Of a stretch of 56,075 bases of DNA, positions 37,444 through 51,025 are shown in pieces. The notes under the pieces were generated by a model, which did no database searches, was not told the origin of the DNA, and saw nothing but the letters and a program-made list of their open reading frames with translations. Position 1 is the stretch's first letter. Each line of letters opens with the position of its first letter. Made by a program: the position numbers and the translations under genes. The DNA is from Octopus bimaculoides. Its lineage: Eukaryota. The stretch lies in contig NC_068982.1 in the NCBI RefSeq assembly GCF_001194135.2, forward strand, positions 101,304,686 to 101,360,760, given 5' to 3'.

Positions 37444-38764
37444 GATCGCGCCATCACCGAAATGGAGCGCATCCTCTTCCGCTTTTTGTGGAAAGGAAGC
37501 GTTCCGATGGTGAGGCGATCCGTTTGTTGCCAACACCCGCTGAAAGGAGGGCTGGGCATGCCGTGGTTGATGATGCGCAGACATGCGCTGAGACTGCGAC
37601 ATCTCCGGCTCTACGTAGACGACGGTGAGCAGGTGTGGTCGCCGTTTGTGCGACGCGCTTTCCCGCAGCTCGTCTCCATGACCGAGCTGCAGTCGTGGAT
37701 CAAAAAGAGGCCGAGGAATGGCGGATGGCACCGTGAGTGTCGCGTTGCTCTGCAACAACTTTGCCGNNNNNNNNNNNNNNNNNNNNNNNNNNNNNNNNNN
37801 NNNNNNNNNNNNNNNNNNNNNNNNNNNNNNNNNNNNNNNNNNNNNNNNNNNNNNNNNNNNNNNNNNNNNNNNNNNNNNNNNNNNNNNNNNNNNNNNNNNN
37901 NNNNNNNNNNNNNNNNNNNNNNNNNNNNNNNNNNNNNNNNNNNNNNNNNNNNNNNNNNNNNNNNNNNNNNNNNNNNNNNNNNNNNNNNNNNNNNNNNNNN
38001 NNNNNNNNNNNNNNNNNNNNNNNNNNNNNNNNNNNNNNNNNNNNNNNNNNNNNNNNNNNNNNNNNNNNNNNNNNNNNNNNNNNNNNNNNNNNNNNNNNNN
38101 NNNNNNNNNNNNNNNNNNNNNNNNNNNNNNNNNNNNNNNNNNNNNNNNNNNNNNNNNNNNNNNNNNNNNNNNNNNNNNNNNNNNNNNNNNNNNNNNNNNN
38201 NNNNNNNNNNNNNNNNNNNNNNNNNNNNNNNNNNNNNNNNNNNNNNNNNNNNNNNNNNNNNNNNNNNNNNNNNNNNNNNNNNNNNNNNNNNNNNNNNNNN
38301 NNNNNNNNNNNNNNNNNNNNNNNNNNNNNNNNNNNNNNNNNNNNNNNNNNNNNNNNNNNNNNNNNNNNNNNNNNNNNNNNNNNNNNNNNNNNNNNNNNNN
38401 NNNNNNNNNNNNNNNNNNNNNNNNNNNNNNNNNNNNNNNNNNNNNNNNNNNNNNNNNNNNNNNNNNNNNNNNNNNNNNNNNNNNNNNNNNNNNNNNNNNN
38501 NNNNNNNNNNNNNNNNNNNNNNNNNNNNNNNNNNGGTCTTTTCGTAGGTTTTTCTTTCCACGGATAACCTCCCCATTTATTGGGAATTTTTTGTATTATT
38601 TCGTATTTTTTGTAAATACCCCAAACGTTTTGCGATGTTTTTTTTTCATCGTTGTCCCCACTTTTGTTTTTTTTCTGCTTTGTTTTCGACCCCCTCGAAA
38701 AGAAAAACTCTACATTTGTATTTTGTCCCCTCTGTGTTGAGCCCTGTGTGGCTAATAAAGAAAC
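37444..38764 (+). mobile_element. 5'-truncated L1/Tx1-clade LINE spanning an N-gap
   Basis: ORF ILFRFLWKGSVPMVRRSVCCQHPLKGGLGMP resembles the post-RT FLW..GGLG motif of Tx1/L1 ORF2. After the gap there is a T-rich 3' region with AATAAA at 38754-38759. (CTAT)n lies on both sides. Continuity across the gap is inferred. Confidence 0.8.
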
Positions 38765-38779
38765 CTATCTATCTATCTA

Positions 38780-38838
<59 letters not shown>

Positions 38839-38870
38839 ACTGTCTGCCTGCCTGCCTGCTTGCCTGCCTG

Positions 38871-38904
<34 letters not shown>

Positions 38905-38910
<6 letters not shown>

Positions 38911-40085
38911 AATATCTAGCTATATGTGTGTTCGCTTTTCACGCGAAAACAGCTGCACGAATTAGTACCATACTCGGGATGCAGGAATAATTTGATCCGA
39001 GACACAATAATATGGTTTTGATTTATTTTTTTATTAAGAATAAATAATATTGCTTTGCATATACAAGATTCACTTCTTTACTAAATGTACTTTTTCTCAC
39101 TCATCTCCCTCCTCACTCTCTCTCTCTCTCTCACTCTCCGTCTTCCTTCCTCACTCTATCAATAACTTAATTTCTTTTGAATTTACAAATATCTATTTTT
39201 TGAATTTCGGAGGCGCGTTCCCTATCTAACTTTTCACTGAACTTCCTCTCTTTCTATCTCTTACTCTATCATTCTCTCTTCATTCTGTCAACCATTCTGT
39301 CCAGCGTTTACCGCGGTAGCGATTTCTGGTACCAAAAAAATATTTCAGCTACTTTCATTGTCTACAATCCTCTGTACTGGTGTATTTGTATATCCGTAAA
39401 TGACCATGCCTAGAAGGAAGGTGTCAAATTTGTCTCCAGTGTCAAGGTCAACCAAAAGAATGACTCTGACGAGGGAAAGTGAGACAGCTGAAAAAAAAAA
39501 AGGGAAACACGCCAAGAAAGAAACAGACTGTGCACTACAGCAGCCAGAAAATCTGAGAATGATGAAACAAGAGTTGTGCGTCAAAAAAAAAAAAAAAAAA
39601 GAAAAGAAAAAAGCCCTCCTGAATACTGGTGCTGCCCGTGCATCTCAAAGTTCTGAACAGGGGTATGCACGCCTGACAAGGAATAGGAACTACACTGAAG
39701 AAGGAAGAGCAGTTACAACAAATCAGAGAAGCATCTTCAATGGAGCAGCTTTCAACTATGATCCAGCAGTTATTTATGCAGATGACTTTAAAGTTTGCCA
39801 TTGATGCAATGATAACTGAGTGCATAGACTGTAAAGCAAGGAAGTGACCTGGAGAGACACCTGAGCTGTGCTGTTGGAAAGGTTAAACTCGCTACAGTGC
39901 CCCAACCTCCAGAGCCATTGAAGAAACAACTATCATCAACTGACCAAGATTCTAAGCACTTCCAAAACAAAATTCGACAATACAACGCTGCACTACAGAT
40001 AGCATCATTTGGAGTTACAAGAGAAATAACTGAGTCAGGATTCATGCAAACTTTGAAGATCCAAGAGCAGATTTATCATCGGACA
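38905..40085 (+). mobile_element. Degenerate Helitron (5' region plus RepHel N-terminus)
   Basis: Frameshifted AAFNYDP...IDAMITECIDCKARK*PGETPELCCWKG / PQPPEPLKK...SKHFQNKIRQYNAALQIASFG...GFMQTLKIQEQIYHR resembles the Helitron CxxC..GE..CC and IRxYN..SFG..FK.QGQ.YH motifs. Confidence 0.85.
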
Positions 40086-40263
40086 AAAATCAGGAAATAA
40101 AACCATGTTTTGCATGTGGAGGTATATACCTGAGGGAAAAGAGTCCATTAAAAAAATCGCAGTGCTTTCGTTGTGGAAATATAGGACATATGAAGAAGCA
40201 CTGTACAACAAAGCATAGCCAAAGTCAAATGACTGAAATAGGTAAAAGATAAAAGAATATGTG

Positions 40264-40295
<32 letters not shown>

Positions 40296-41071
40296 TGTAT
40301 GTATGTATGGATGGATGGATGTATGGATGGATGGATGGATGGATGCATGTATGTATGTACGTATGTATGTATGTATGTATGTTTGCCTGTATGTATGTAC
40401 GTATCTATGTATGTGTGTGTTTGTGCGTGTATATGTGCGTCTATGTATATACATAAAATTCATGGCATGACGCAGGGACAAAAATTACGTAATCAACTTC
40501 ATTAGCTTACAGTTGTTTCTGCTATAAGAAGCAATGCACTCAGAGCTGAGTGCTTGGTCTACGCGTCAAACGCTCTTTGCTGAGGCTCTTGTATATTGAA
40601 TTCTAACTACAGACCATTAGTATTGTTATGTCTAAGCAAAATCATAATACATACATACATACACACACGTATATGTATATATATATACACACACGTATAT
40701 GTATATATATATACACACACATATATAAATATATATACATATATATATGTATATAGTTTTGTATGTAGACAGTGAGAGAGACACAGACAGTAAAAGGGAG
40801 GGAAATAGAGAGAGAAAGAAAGTGGGAAGAGCGGAAGATTCATATAAAATAAGGTGAATAAATATGCCGAGAAGTATATATGTATATGGAAAAAATATAT
40901 GTAAATAACATGTAAAAATATAATGGTTTTAGGGGTATATAAATTAGCAGACAAATAGATACGTGCCCTTCAATTCGCATATAAGTGTATGTGGTATAAG
41001 GCAAAGCGGATAAGTTCGCATTAAGAAAAAAACAAAACCCCAGAACAAATTTATGGCACACACACACAGAG

Positions 41072-41127
<56 letters not shown>

Positions 41128-42003
41128 TCACATAGACGCACATTTACACACACACATATATACTTGTGTGTTTCTGTATATATAAATATGAATATACATA
41201 CACATACGTACATACATAAATACATAATATATATATATATGATATAATACAATATAATATAATATATATGTGTGTGAGTGCGTGTGTCGGTGTATGGATG
41301 TAGGAATGTGACGTATGTATGTAAATATATATGGGGTAGAACTGCGTATGTAACTATGTGTATGTCTGCATCTATGTTTGCATATATATTATTTATTTTC
41401 AAGCCGAAGCTTCACAATTTACAATTACCAGTTTCATGTTCCCATCCTGAAGCAACTGGGAAAATTGGACAACATTTCCACTTTATATAATAGACTGACT
41501 GGAAAAAAAAAGTAAGAAAATACACAAAAAAATTATTAAGAATCCCAGTGGACAAAAATGCACAACGGTTTTTTAAAGTAAGAAAAAAAAATGAATGACA
41601 GAATGATGGAACGACAAGAATAGATGGTGGAAAGAGTGTCAGAATATTGTAAGATAGAATAAAATAAATATATAAATTAATAATGATAAAAAAGCAAAAC
41701 AAAAATGGACGTTAGTAATAAAAAAATAATATGGAGTTAAAAATAAAAATGGAAATAATTTAATAAGTAAATAAATAAATAAAAGAGAAGGTAAAATAAT
41801 GATGACATCGTCTCAGCTGTATGCATTGTAGAAAGCTTATGCAATTGCATAAGAGAAAAAAAATACGCTCTTTCTCTTAAAGCAACTCGTGTCTATGAAA
41901 CATTGTATCATCATAGAATTTGGTCAATGAAACCAAAGGCGATAGGAGTTTTAAATGAAATACTGTAAAAGTAGTGCTCACTTGAAATGGGAAATAACAA
42001 TAA

Positions 42004-42216
42004 CCCTTTCTACTAAAGGCAAAAGGCCTGCAATTTCGGAAGTGGGAATAAGTCAATTATATCAACCGCAATACTCAACTGGTACTTATTTTATCTATAC
42101 CGAAAGGATGAAAGGTAAAGAAGACCTCGCCGGAATTTCAACTCAGAACGTAAAGACGGGCGAAATGCCGCAAAGCATTCTGCCCGGCGTACTAACGATT
42201 CTGTCAGCTTGCCGCT

Positions 42217-42217
<1 letters not shown>
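42004..42217 (-). mobile_element. Family C SINE, full length
   Basis: Head gcggcaagctgacagaatcgttag, B-box-like gagttgaaattcc, 3' end ggccttttgcctttagtagaaaggg; head abuts (AAT)n at 42219-42320. Confidence 0.85.
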
Positions 42218-42292
<75 letters not shown>

Positions 42293-42320
42293 TAATAATA
42301 ATAATAATAATAATAATAAT

Positions 42321-42888
42321 AGCAAGCAGTGGCTAATGCCCGGAATCAATACCAGGCAGTGGCTCTCATGGCTTCTGATCTTAATCGATTGGAAGTGTGA
42401 TCATGTACATTGTTTTGTCTTGGTATAAAAAGATGGGCTACAGCAAATATTCTGCTCAATACCACAGATTTGCTTGTCAGTTGTTTGACCTTAACCAGTT
42501 GAGCATGTCCCTTGGTGGCTGACGATATGTGCATCTCTGATCATGAGCAGAAGTAGTGGGGGAGCATCACAGCCATGTGTTGAGAGAAATTCTTTGGGGT
42601 TTGGATAATTCACATTTGGAAACATGGGTGTTTTGCTCAACATCTTTAAGCAAACCTTATTCAGGGACCTTTTGAGCGGGATGTGCTACTCGACCAGAAG
42701 AAAATTCTAACTGGGCCCACCTGCGAGGTCATGTGCTGTTTATCTTGATATGAGATCACCATGTCGCGCACGTGGTTGTGATGCATGTGCCTGGTGTACC
42801 CTTATCAGACAGGTAGTCATGATGGCTATAATGGGCTTCGTGTATTTTACCCAGCGTCACTTTGATGGCATGTACCGCTCTCTCACTC
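42321..42888. mobile_element. Unclassified 570-bp element X between (TAA)n tracts
   Basis: Highly similar to 44139-44580; no TIR, TSD or long ORF seen. Confidence 0.8.
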
Positions 42889-42922
42889 AATAATAATAAT
42901 GATAATAATAATAATAATGATA

Positions 42923-42954
<32 letters not shown>

Positions 42955-42968
42955 AATAATAATAATAA

Positions 42969-43013
<45 letters not shown>

Positions 43014-43014
<1 letters not shown>

Positions 43015-43818
43015 TGCAGCAAATGGTAATAGTGAGACATGGTTTTGGTTGCGGAAAGGAAAACTGAAGCGGGAGACAGTAAGTTTGTTAGTAACTGCAT
43101 AAGATCAAGCATTTAATAAACACAAAGACAGACAAAGACCAAGTAGATTCTCAATGTATATTATGCAACTCAAAACAGGAACGCGTCACTTATATAGTAA
43201 GTGAATGTGGCATGCTGACACAGAAAGAATACAAAAAAAGACATGACGATCTTTGGAAGGGTAATCCGCTGGGAGCTATGTAGAAGGCTAGGATTTGAAC
43301 ATACCGATAAATGGTATGAACATGAACCTAGTAAAGTACTAGAAAGTAAGAAATACAAGATTTTGTGGGACTTTTACATTCAGACTGACAGAGTAATAGA
43401 AGCTAGAAGGCCTGATTTAGTAGTAGTAGAGGATAGAAAGTACCAGCAATTGAATTTACAGTCCCAAATGATGACAAAAATTGATATGAGCAGCATAGAA
43501 AAAATAGCAAAGTACTAGGACCTAGCTATTGATTTACAAAGACTATGGGAAGTGCGGGTAAAATGCATCCCAGTAGTCATAGGTGAATTGGGAACTATCC
43601 CTAAAGATCTGAACAAATGGATAGAGGAAATAGGCATAAAACCCAGTTTAGTGCAGAAATCAGTGTTAGTAGGGATAGCTCGGATACTTCGGAGGGTTCT
43701 TGGCATCTAAGGTTACTTGTTGTAGCCCGACAGGAAAGTTCTTGACATCTAAGGTTACTTGTAGCCCAACGTTAGGATTTTTTCTTTTCCAACACTCTAA
43801 TCAGTTGAGTGTATATGA
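43014..43818 (+). mobile_element. R4/Dong-like RLE LINE, 3' fragment
   Basis: WLRKGKLKRETVSLLVTA*DQA, CILC...YIVSEC knuckle remnant, RHD, WELC, ILWDFYIQTD, RRPDLVVV, EKIAKY, IPVVIGELG, stop at 43708-43710, 3' UTR ending in (AAT)n. Confidence 0.9.
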
Positions 43819-43840
43819 AAATAATAATTATTATTATTAT

Positions 43841-44046
43841 CCTATCTACTATAGGCACAAGGCCTAACATTTTTGAGGAGAGGACTAGTCAATTACATCG
43901 ACCCCAGTATTTCACTGGTACTTAATTTATCGACTTCGAAAAGATGAACGGCAAAGTCGACCTCGGTGGAATTTGAACTCAGAACGTACGAAATGCTGCT
44001 AAGCATTTTACCAGGCATGATAACGATTTTGCCAGCTCGTCGCCTT
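43841..44046 (-). mobile_element. Family C SINE, full length
   Basis: Same family as 42004-42217; head abuts (AAT)n at 44048-44137. Confidence 0.85.
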
Positions 44047-44047
44047 G

Positions 44048-44126
<79 letters not shown>

Positions 44127-44138
44127 TAATAATAATAA

Positions 44139-44580
44139 GCCTTGATGCAGTACCAGGCAGTGGCTCCATGGCTTCTCATCTTAACTGATTGGAAGTGTTA
44201 TCATGTCTTGGTATAAAAGATTGGCTACAGTAAATATTCTGCCCAATACCACAGATTTGCTCGTCGGTTGCTTGACCTTAACCAGTTGAGCATGTCCCTT
44301 AGTGGCCGATGACATATGTATCTCTGATTACGAGCAGAAGTAGTGGGGGAGCATCATAGCCATGTGTTGAGAGGAATTCTTTGGGGGTTTGGATAATTCA
44401 ACTTTGGAAACATGGGTGTTTTGTTCAACATCCTAAAATAACCCTTATTCAAAGACTTTTTGAGCGGGATGGGCTACTCGACCTGAAGAAAATTCTAACT
44501 GCGCCCCACCTGCAAGGTCATGCGCTGTTAATATTGATATGAGATTACCATGTCGCGCACATATGGTTGTGATGAATGTA
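44139..44580. mobile_element. Element X, second truncated copy
   Basis: Colinear with about 42340-42785. Confidence 0.8.
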
Positions 44581-45902
44581 ACTGGTTCGACTAACTATAA
44601 ATTTTAATCAGGTTGAAAAACTACTCTTATTTTAACTAATTGGTCACCAAGTTAGTAGTTGTTCTCTCTTTTAATGCCCCAATCTATCTTTAAATAAGTA
44701 GTACGAGATTCATTACACAAATCAAATACTGCTTCTTTTCCTAGTGGTAGTGATAAAAAATATTTTAAATATTAAAATTACATGTTGTAAAGTTTATTCG
44801 AAAATTTTCTTATAACCTGACACATTTCAGACTTTATCCGTCAACTGCGAAGCTTTTTATATTTGTCTGTTCAAGCCTTCAGTTCTGTTAATATTTAAAT
44901 ATTTAAGATTTTAATGCCTTCAAGTTTGGAAGTTTCTTTTTTCATCTTATATTCTTTGTTTCATATAGAAGATTGCAATAAAATGCTCTTGCAGTTGCAC
45001 AATTTGAAAGTTTAACATTAGTAAATATTAATAATTAAATAGTTAAGACACAGATGGAAACATTTTTAGCTGTCGTTTATATCAAGCTGGATTGAAATAA
45101 GTCTTTCACTGCAAACATTTTTCTCTATCTCGCTTTTTTATTTTATATTTTGTTTCTCACTGCTTAATTTCGTAACTCGTTAGTTGAAAGCAAAATAACA
45201 TTTTGCTTACAAGAGCACCGTTAAAATACTATTGTTCTTCGTGGCTTACACTTCATTAAACACTGTATATAAATAAGTGTATTTGTAAAACTGTAGTATC
45301 AACCGCAATGACATCATCAATTCTGAAGTGCGTGCGAAGGTCACGAGGACTCTTTTCATTTACTTTATTTTAAAAAGAAACTTCCTTTCTTCAGTTATTT
45401 CTGATATGCGAATGATACGCTTTATCGTATTATTGGTATATTCATGGTGTATATGTAAATAGACAATGCATATTATTTCAATGACAACTTCATATTGATC
45501 GTACATCATTCCATTCACATACTTTCGATGTATTTTCTGCTCTGGTATCATTTTCATTGCGATTAATTGACCGCTGTTTATCTTGCATAAGACATAACAT
45601 GTTGGCGTATCTCGTATATTGTGCCACCCTGGCCAATTGATTTAGGTTGTTACTGACTATGTAACGTAAGTATCGCCTTTGTAAAACATCCGCTGGGAAC
45701 ATTTGTTTTGTTGAATGTCTTTTGATCTTCCATCACAGTCTTCCACTAAGGCAATACATTCGATAGTCATAACATCACATATGAAACTAGAAATTCATGC
45801 GCACACACAAAACCATACAAAGACCTCATACACACACTTATAGTACACATACAATGATAAATAATAGCATATATATATATATATATATATACACACGGTA
45901 TG

Positions 45903-45945
<43 letters not shown>

Positions 45946-46568
45946 NNNNNNNNNNNNNNNNNNNNNNNNNNNNNNNNNNNNNNNNNNNNNNNNNNNNNNN
46001 NNNNNNNNNNNNNNNNNNNNNNNNNNNNNNNNNNNNNNNNNNNNNNNNNNNNNNNNNNNNNNNNNNNNNNNNNNNNNNNNNNNNNNNNNNNNNNNNNNNN
46101 NNNNNNNNNNNNNNNNNNNNNNNNNNNNNNNNNNNNNNNNNNNNNNNNNNNNNNNNNNNNNNNNNNNNNNNNNNNNNNNNNNNNNNNNNNNNNNNNNNNN
46201 NNNNNNNNNNNNNNNNNNNNNNNNNNNNNNNNNNNNNNNNNNNNNNNNNNNNNNNNNNNNNNNNNNNNNNNNNNNNNNNNNNNNNNNNNNNNNNNNNNNN
46301 NNNNNNNNNNNNNNNNNNNNNNNNNNNNNNNNNNNNNNNNNNNNNNNNNNNNNNNNNNNNNNNNNNNNNNNNNNNNNNNNNNNNNNNNNNNNNNNNNNNN
46401 NNNNNNNNNNNNNNNNNNNNNNNNNNNNNNNNNNNNNNNNNNNNNNNNNNNNNNNNNNNNNNNNNNNNNNNNNNNNNNNNNNNNNNNNNNNNNNNNNNNN
46501 NNNNNNNNNNNNNNNNNNNNNNNNNNNNNNNNNNNNNNNNNNNNNNNNATATATATACACATATATGC

Positions 46569-46603
<35 letters not shown>

Positions 46604-46801
46604 CGTGAGTGTGTGTGTGTGTGTTTGTGTGTGTGTATATATATATATGTATATATGCAAAATTTAGGTTAGTTAAAATATGTTAGTGACATATTTCAAC
46701 TGCTAAAAGGCAAATTCACTGCACTTACCGTGGAGAAAATATCTCATTTTATAAAGGTGTGAAAACTCCCAGTTTGTTCAGTGTCGCCATCTATCGGGAA
46801 T

Positions 46802-46842
46802 CCCAGACATCTATGTTTCGAGTTTTTTGACTCTTCTCAAGG
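46802..46842 (-). ncRNA. Degenerate hammerhead-like motif
   Basis: cc TTGAGAA gagt-caaaaa-actc GAAA catagatg TC tggg: perfect 4-bp stem II, ACAT-ag-ATGT stem III, GUC triplet; core and stem I damaged. Confidence 0.45.
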
Positions 46843-47183
46843 AGATGTACTTAAGAGAGGCAACTCTCAACAAGCTTTTAGCGCATTAGCGTTATGTAAA
46901 ATTCAGTCAACGACGTTGATTGATTTGCGCTGGTAGATCACCCGATAATGTTGTGTATGTATGTATGCATGTATGTGGCTGTTTTGTTACTGCCAGTGCT
47001 CCCACGATCAAATATAAACACTCATGAGTGTAGGTTAATTACAATGATTAAGGAAAAACTAATCGTTCTAAAAAATATTGATTTTTGAAATTTTTCTAAA
47101 ATCCATTGTTTCATCATATTTTCGCTGTATATGTAGATAACAGCTATCATTTTATGATTAAACTTATATGTGCCTGTTTGTGT

Positions 47184-47241
<58 letters not shown>

Positions 47242-47734
47242 GTGTGCGTGTGTGAGTGCGTGTGCGCATGTATACCTAAATGTATGTGCGGAAACATTGC
47301 CTACAGCATAGCTTTTTAATATTAAACAATGCATTTGTTATGAAACCTATGATATATGGCAAAATAATATACGGAAAGCATATAGCGTACTTAATCTCAT
47401 ACCCAGTAAGTAACTATATGCTATAAACTATAACTAACATAGACAGACGCACAGCTATCTACACTCACACATATACATGCTCTTGCACCAATGTGCATTC
47501 GTACAACACGACCAGATTTTGTTTTTAGCGTTAAGTGTGTCACTGGTAAAGGTATCAGATAGTTAACTCTGATTTCAATGCTAAAGGTAGATTAATAAAG
47601 TGAATAGATCTCTTTAGAATTAATTGATTTCATAGACCAAAATCAAACCACTTGCTATGGTTAGAGCATAACGTCGCAAAATGTAGTGTTTAGTACCATA
47701 TATAAGTGTATATCGTTCATATTTTACTTATTAA

Positions 47735-47860
47735 ACTTCGGTCATGTTGGGGTACCGCCTTGGAGTATATAGTAGAAGAAATAGACCTCAGTACTTATTT
47801 TTTAAACAAGTCTGCTCTTTATTCTGTCGTGCTCTTTTTCCCGAACCGAAGTTACATGGT
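47735..47860 (-). mobile_element. Family A SINE tail fragment
   Basis: catgttggggtaccgcc...cctcagtacttatt...ccgaaccg. Confidence 0.6.
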
Positions 47861-48564
47861 CGCGAAATTATTTCCCACGAGAGTTCCGGACCACAGTAAT
47901 GAACTCATTTGCATACAGCCAATCAGAGCTCACCTTGAAAATTCACATACTGTGTACTACTTCAATACAGCGCGTCAGGCATATAATTGTGTATGCCATT
48001 CTGTGAGTACAGCATAGTAGGTCTCAGATAAGCACAACATAGCCCCCCCCCTCACCGCCACCATCCTCATAGATCAATTGAGTACCATCTCTATATGGAA
48101 CTAACTTTAGGTACCTATGCTCAGACTGAGATTAGTGATACTGCATATACCCATTGATATATGCAAGGCGGGTGCAATACGACACAACGCCGTATTGATT
48201 ACGATGTTTCCAGATCAACACCAACATTTTAAATTAGGAATGTACAAAATCAGTCAAAAAATTAGGAAACTACACTCATCTACATTTTCTCGTAACTTAC
48301 GCAAATTGGTAACACTTATGGCATTATCGGTGAGCAGCTCTCCATTCACTTTATACACTAAATTTCACATGTATCACCCCTATTAACCTGTTTAAAACAG
48401 TTAGATTTTGCTACAACGCACATTTTCCACTAAACCCAAATTTTCGTGAGTATTTTCGTGACTAGGTGAACACTAGTTTGATAGTTGAGCTCTGATTGAC
48501 TGTATGCAAATGAGTTCATAACTGGGAAAAACATTTCGTGGGAAAAAACTTTCGCTACAGGAAC

Positions 48565-49010
<446 letters not shown>

Positions 49011-49031
49011 ACCTACATGTATGTATGTATG

Positions 49032-49065
<34 letters not shown>

Positions 49066-49068
49066 TGG

Positions 49069-49127
<59 letters not shown>

Positions 49128-50389
49128 GAACAAAGCCTGGNNNNNNNNNNNNNNNNNNNNNNNNNNNNNNNNNNNNNNNNNNNNNNNNNNNNNNNNNNNN
49201 NNNNNNNNNNNNNNNNNNNNNNNNNNNNNNNNNNNNNNNNNNNNNNNNNNNNNNNNNNNNNNNNNNNNNNNNNNNNNNNNNNNNNNNNNNNNNNNNNNNN
49301 NNNNNNNNNNNNNNNNNNNNNNNNNNNNNNNNNNNNNNNNNNNNNNNNNNNNNNNNNNNNNNNNNNNNNNNNNNNNNNNNNNNNNNNNNNNNNNNNNNNN
49401 NNNNNNNNNNNNNNNNNNNNNNNNNNNNNNNNNNNNNNNNNNNNNNNNNNNNNNNNNNNNNNNNNNNNNNNNNNNNNNNNNNNNNNNNNNNNNNNNNNNN
49501 NNNNNNNNNNNNNNNNNNNNNNNNNNNNNNNNNNNNNNNNNNNNNNNNNNNNNNNNNNNNNNNNNNNNNNNNNNNNNNNNNNNNNNNNNNNNNNNNNNNN
49601 NNNNNNNNNNNNNNNNNNNNNNNNNNNNNNNNNNNNNNNNNNNNNNNNNNNNNNNNNNNNNNNNNNNNNNNNNNNNNNNNNNNNNNNNNNNNNNNNNNNN
49701 NNNNNNNNNNNNNNNNNNNNNNNNNNNNNNNNNNNNNNNNNNNNNNNNNNNNNNNNNNNNNNNNNNNNNNNNNNNNNNNNNNNNNNNNNNNNNNNNNNNN
49801 NNNNNNNNNNNNNNNNNNNNNNNNNNNNNNNNNNNNNNNNNNNNNNNNNNNNNNNNNNNNNNNNNNNNNNNNNNNNNNNNNNNNNNNNNNNNNNNNNNNN
49901 NNNNNNNNNNNNNNNNNNNNNNNNNNNNNNNNNNNNNNNNNNNNNNNNNTCTGCTTCTGAAAGGGGTGATAAGTAAACTATATAGAAAAAAATATTGATT
50001 CAGTATTAAAACTGATTCAATACATCTAATATATATTACAAAATACTGCCTTGAAAATAGGTACATTTATTATTATAGTTATGCTATGCTTATACAAATA
50101 TTTTACACCAGTCTGTTTCGCATTTCATCTGTAATTTATTATACGTCAAATTAATTACTTTTTTAAAAGAATTATTTTTCTAAGCATTAATTTCAATACT
50201 GCGTTAATGTTTTTAATCCGATGAATTATTTGAAATTTCCATTTTTATAATTTATTATGATTAAGTATTTGTTATTTCCATTTATATTTAATTAATATTT
50301 AATTTCACATTTAAATTGATATATTTATTCTCTTGAACTTCGATTCTTTGATGGTTAGTAAAGGAAAAAAAGAAAACAGGAACAAAGCA

Positions 50390-50502
50390 ATCATCATCAT
50401 CTTCATCGTCATCCTCATCCTTAGCCGCATCATCATCATAATCATCAACAACAACATCCTCCATCTCCTCATCATGATCATGATCATTATCCTCATCATC
50501 AC

Positions 50503-50583
<81 letters not shown>

Positions 50584-50670
50584 TATAGTCGTAATCGTGT
50601 TTGTCGTCAAGATCATAATCGTCGTCGTCGTCATCGTCATCATCATCCTCCTCCTCCTCATCATCATCAT
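50390..50670. repeat. Compound (CAT)n/(CAG)n/(CGT)n trinucleotide tract
   Basis: Read directly from the sequence. Confidence 0.9.
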
Positions 50671-50764
50671 TAGCTTGGGGTGATGGAATTAATAATGCAC
50701 TTAAAAAATATGCTTCCTTCTTTTACTAAGTAACGTCTCTTTAAATTTTGGTTGGAATCGCTTC

Positions 50765-50844
50765 GTGGTCTTAACCCCTCAATTGTGGACTTAACCCTTC
50801 ATTCATGGACTTAACTCTTCATTCGTGGACTTAACCCTTCATTC
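50765..50844. repeat. Minisatellite, 4 x 20 bp (gtggacttaacccttcattc)
   Basis: Units start at 50765, 50785, 50805 and 50825. Confidence 0.95.
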
Positions 50845-50947
50845 TTATAGGTAAATGACATAAAGTACCAGTCAAGCACTGTGGGAACTATTTGAGAGAC
50901 TGTTCGCTTCCATAAAATTATGTGTGCCTGTATATATATAACTTACA

Positions 50948-51009
<62 letters not shown>

Positions 51010-51025
51010 TATTATTATTATTATA

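Noticed and set aside
45490-45702. 70-aa minus-strand ORF and a plus-strand GTAAGT donor near 45665
   Set aside because: No recognisable homology, and the plus-strand candidate exon has stops in all three frames.
46784-46797. CTCF-like motif CCGATAGATGGCGA on the minus strand
   Set aside because: A single imperfect match with no supporting context, next to a probable repeat fragment.
48504-48511. Octamer motif ATGCAAAT as an snRNA enhancer
   Set aside because: No snRNA body or PSE was found nearby, and one 8-mer is expected by chance in 56 kb of AT-rich DNA.
50765-50844. CRISPR-like array
   Set aside because: Units are contiguous without unique spacers and the sequence is eukaryotic.
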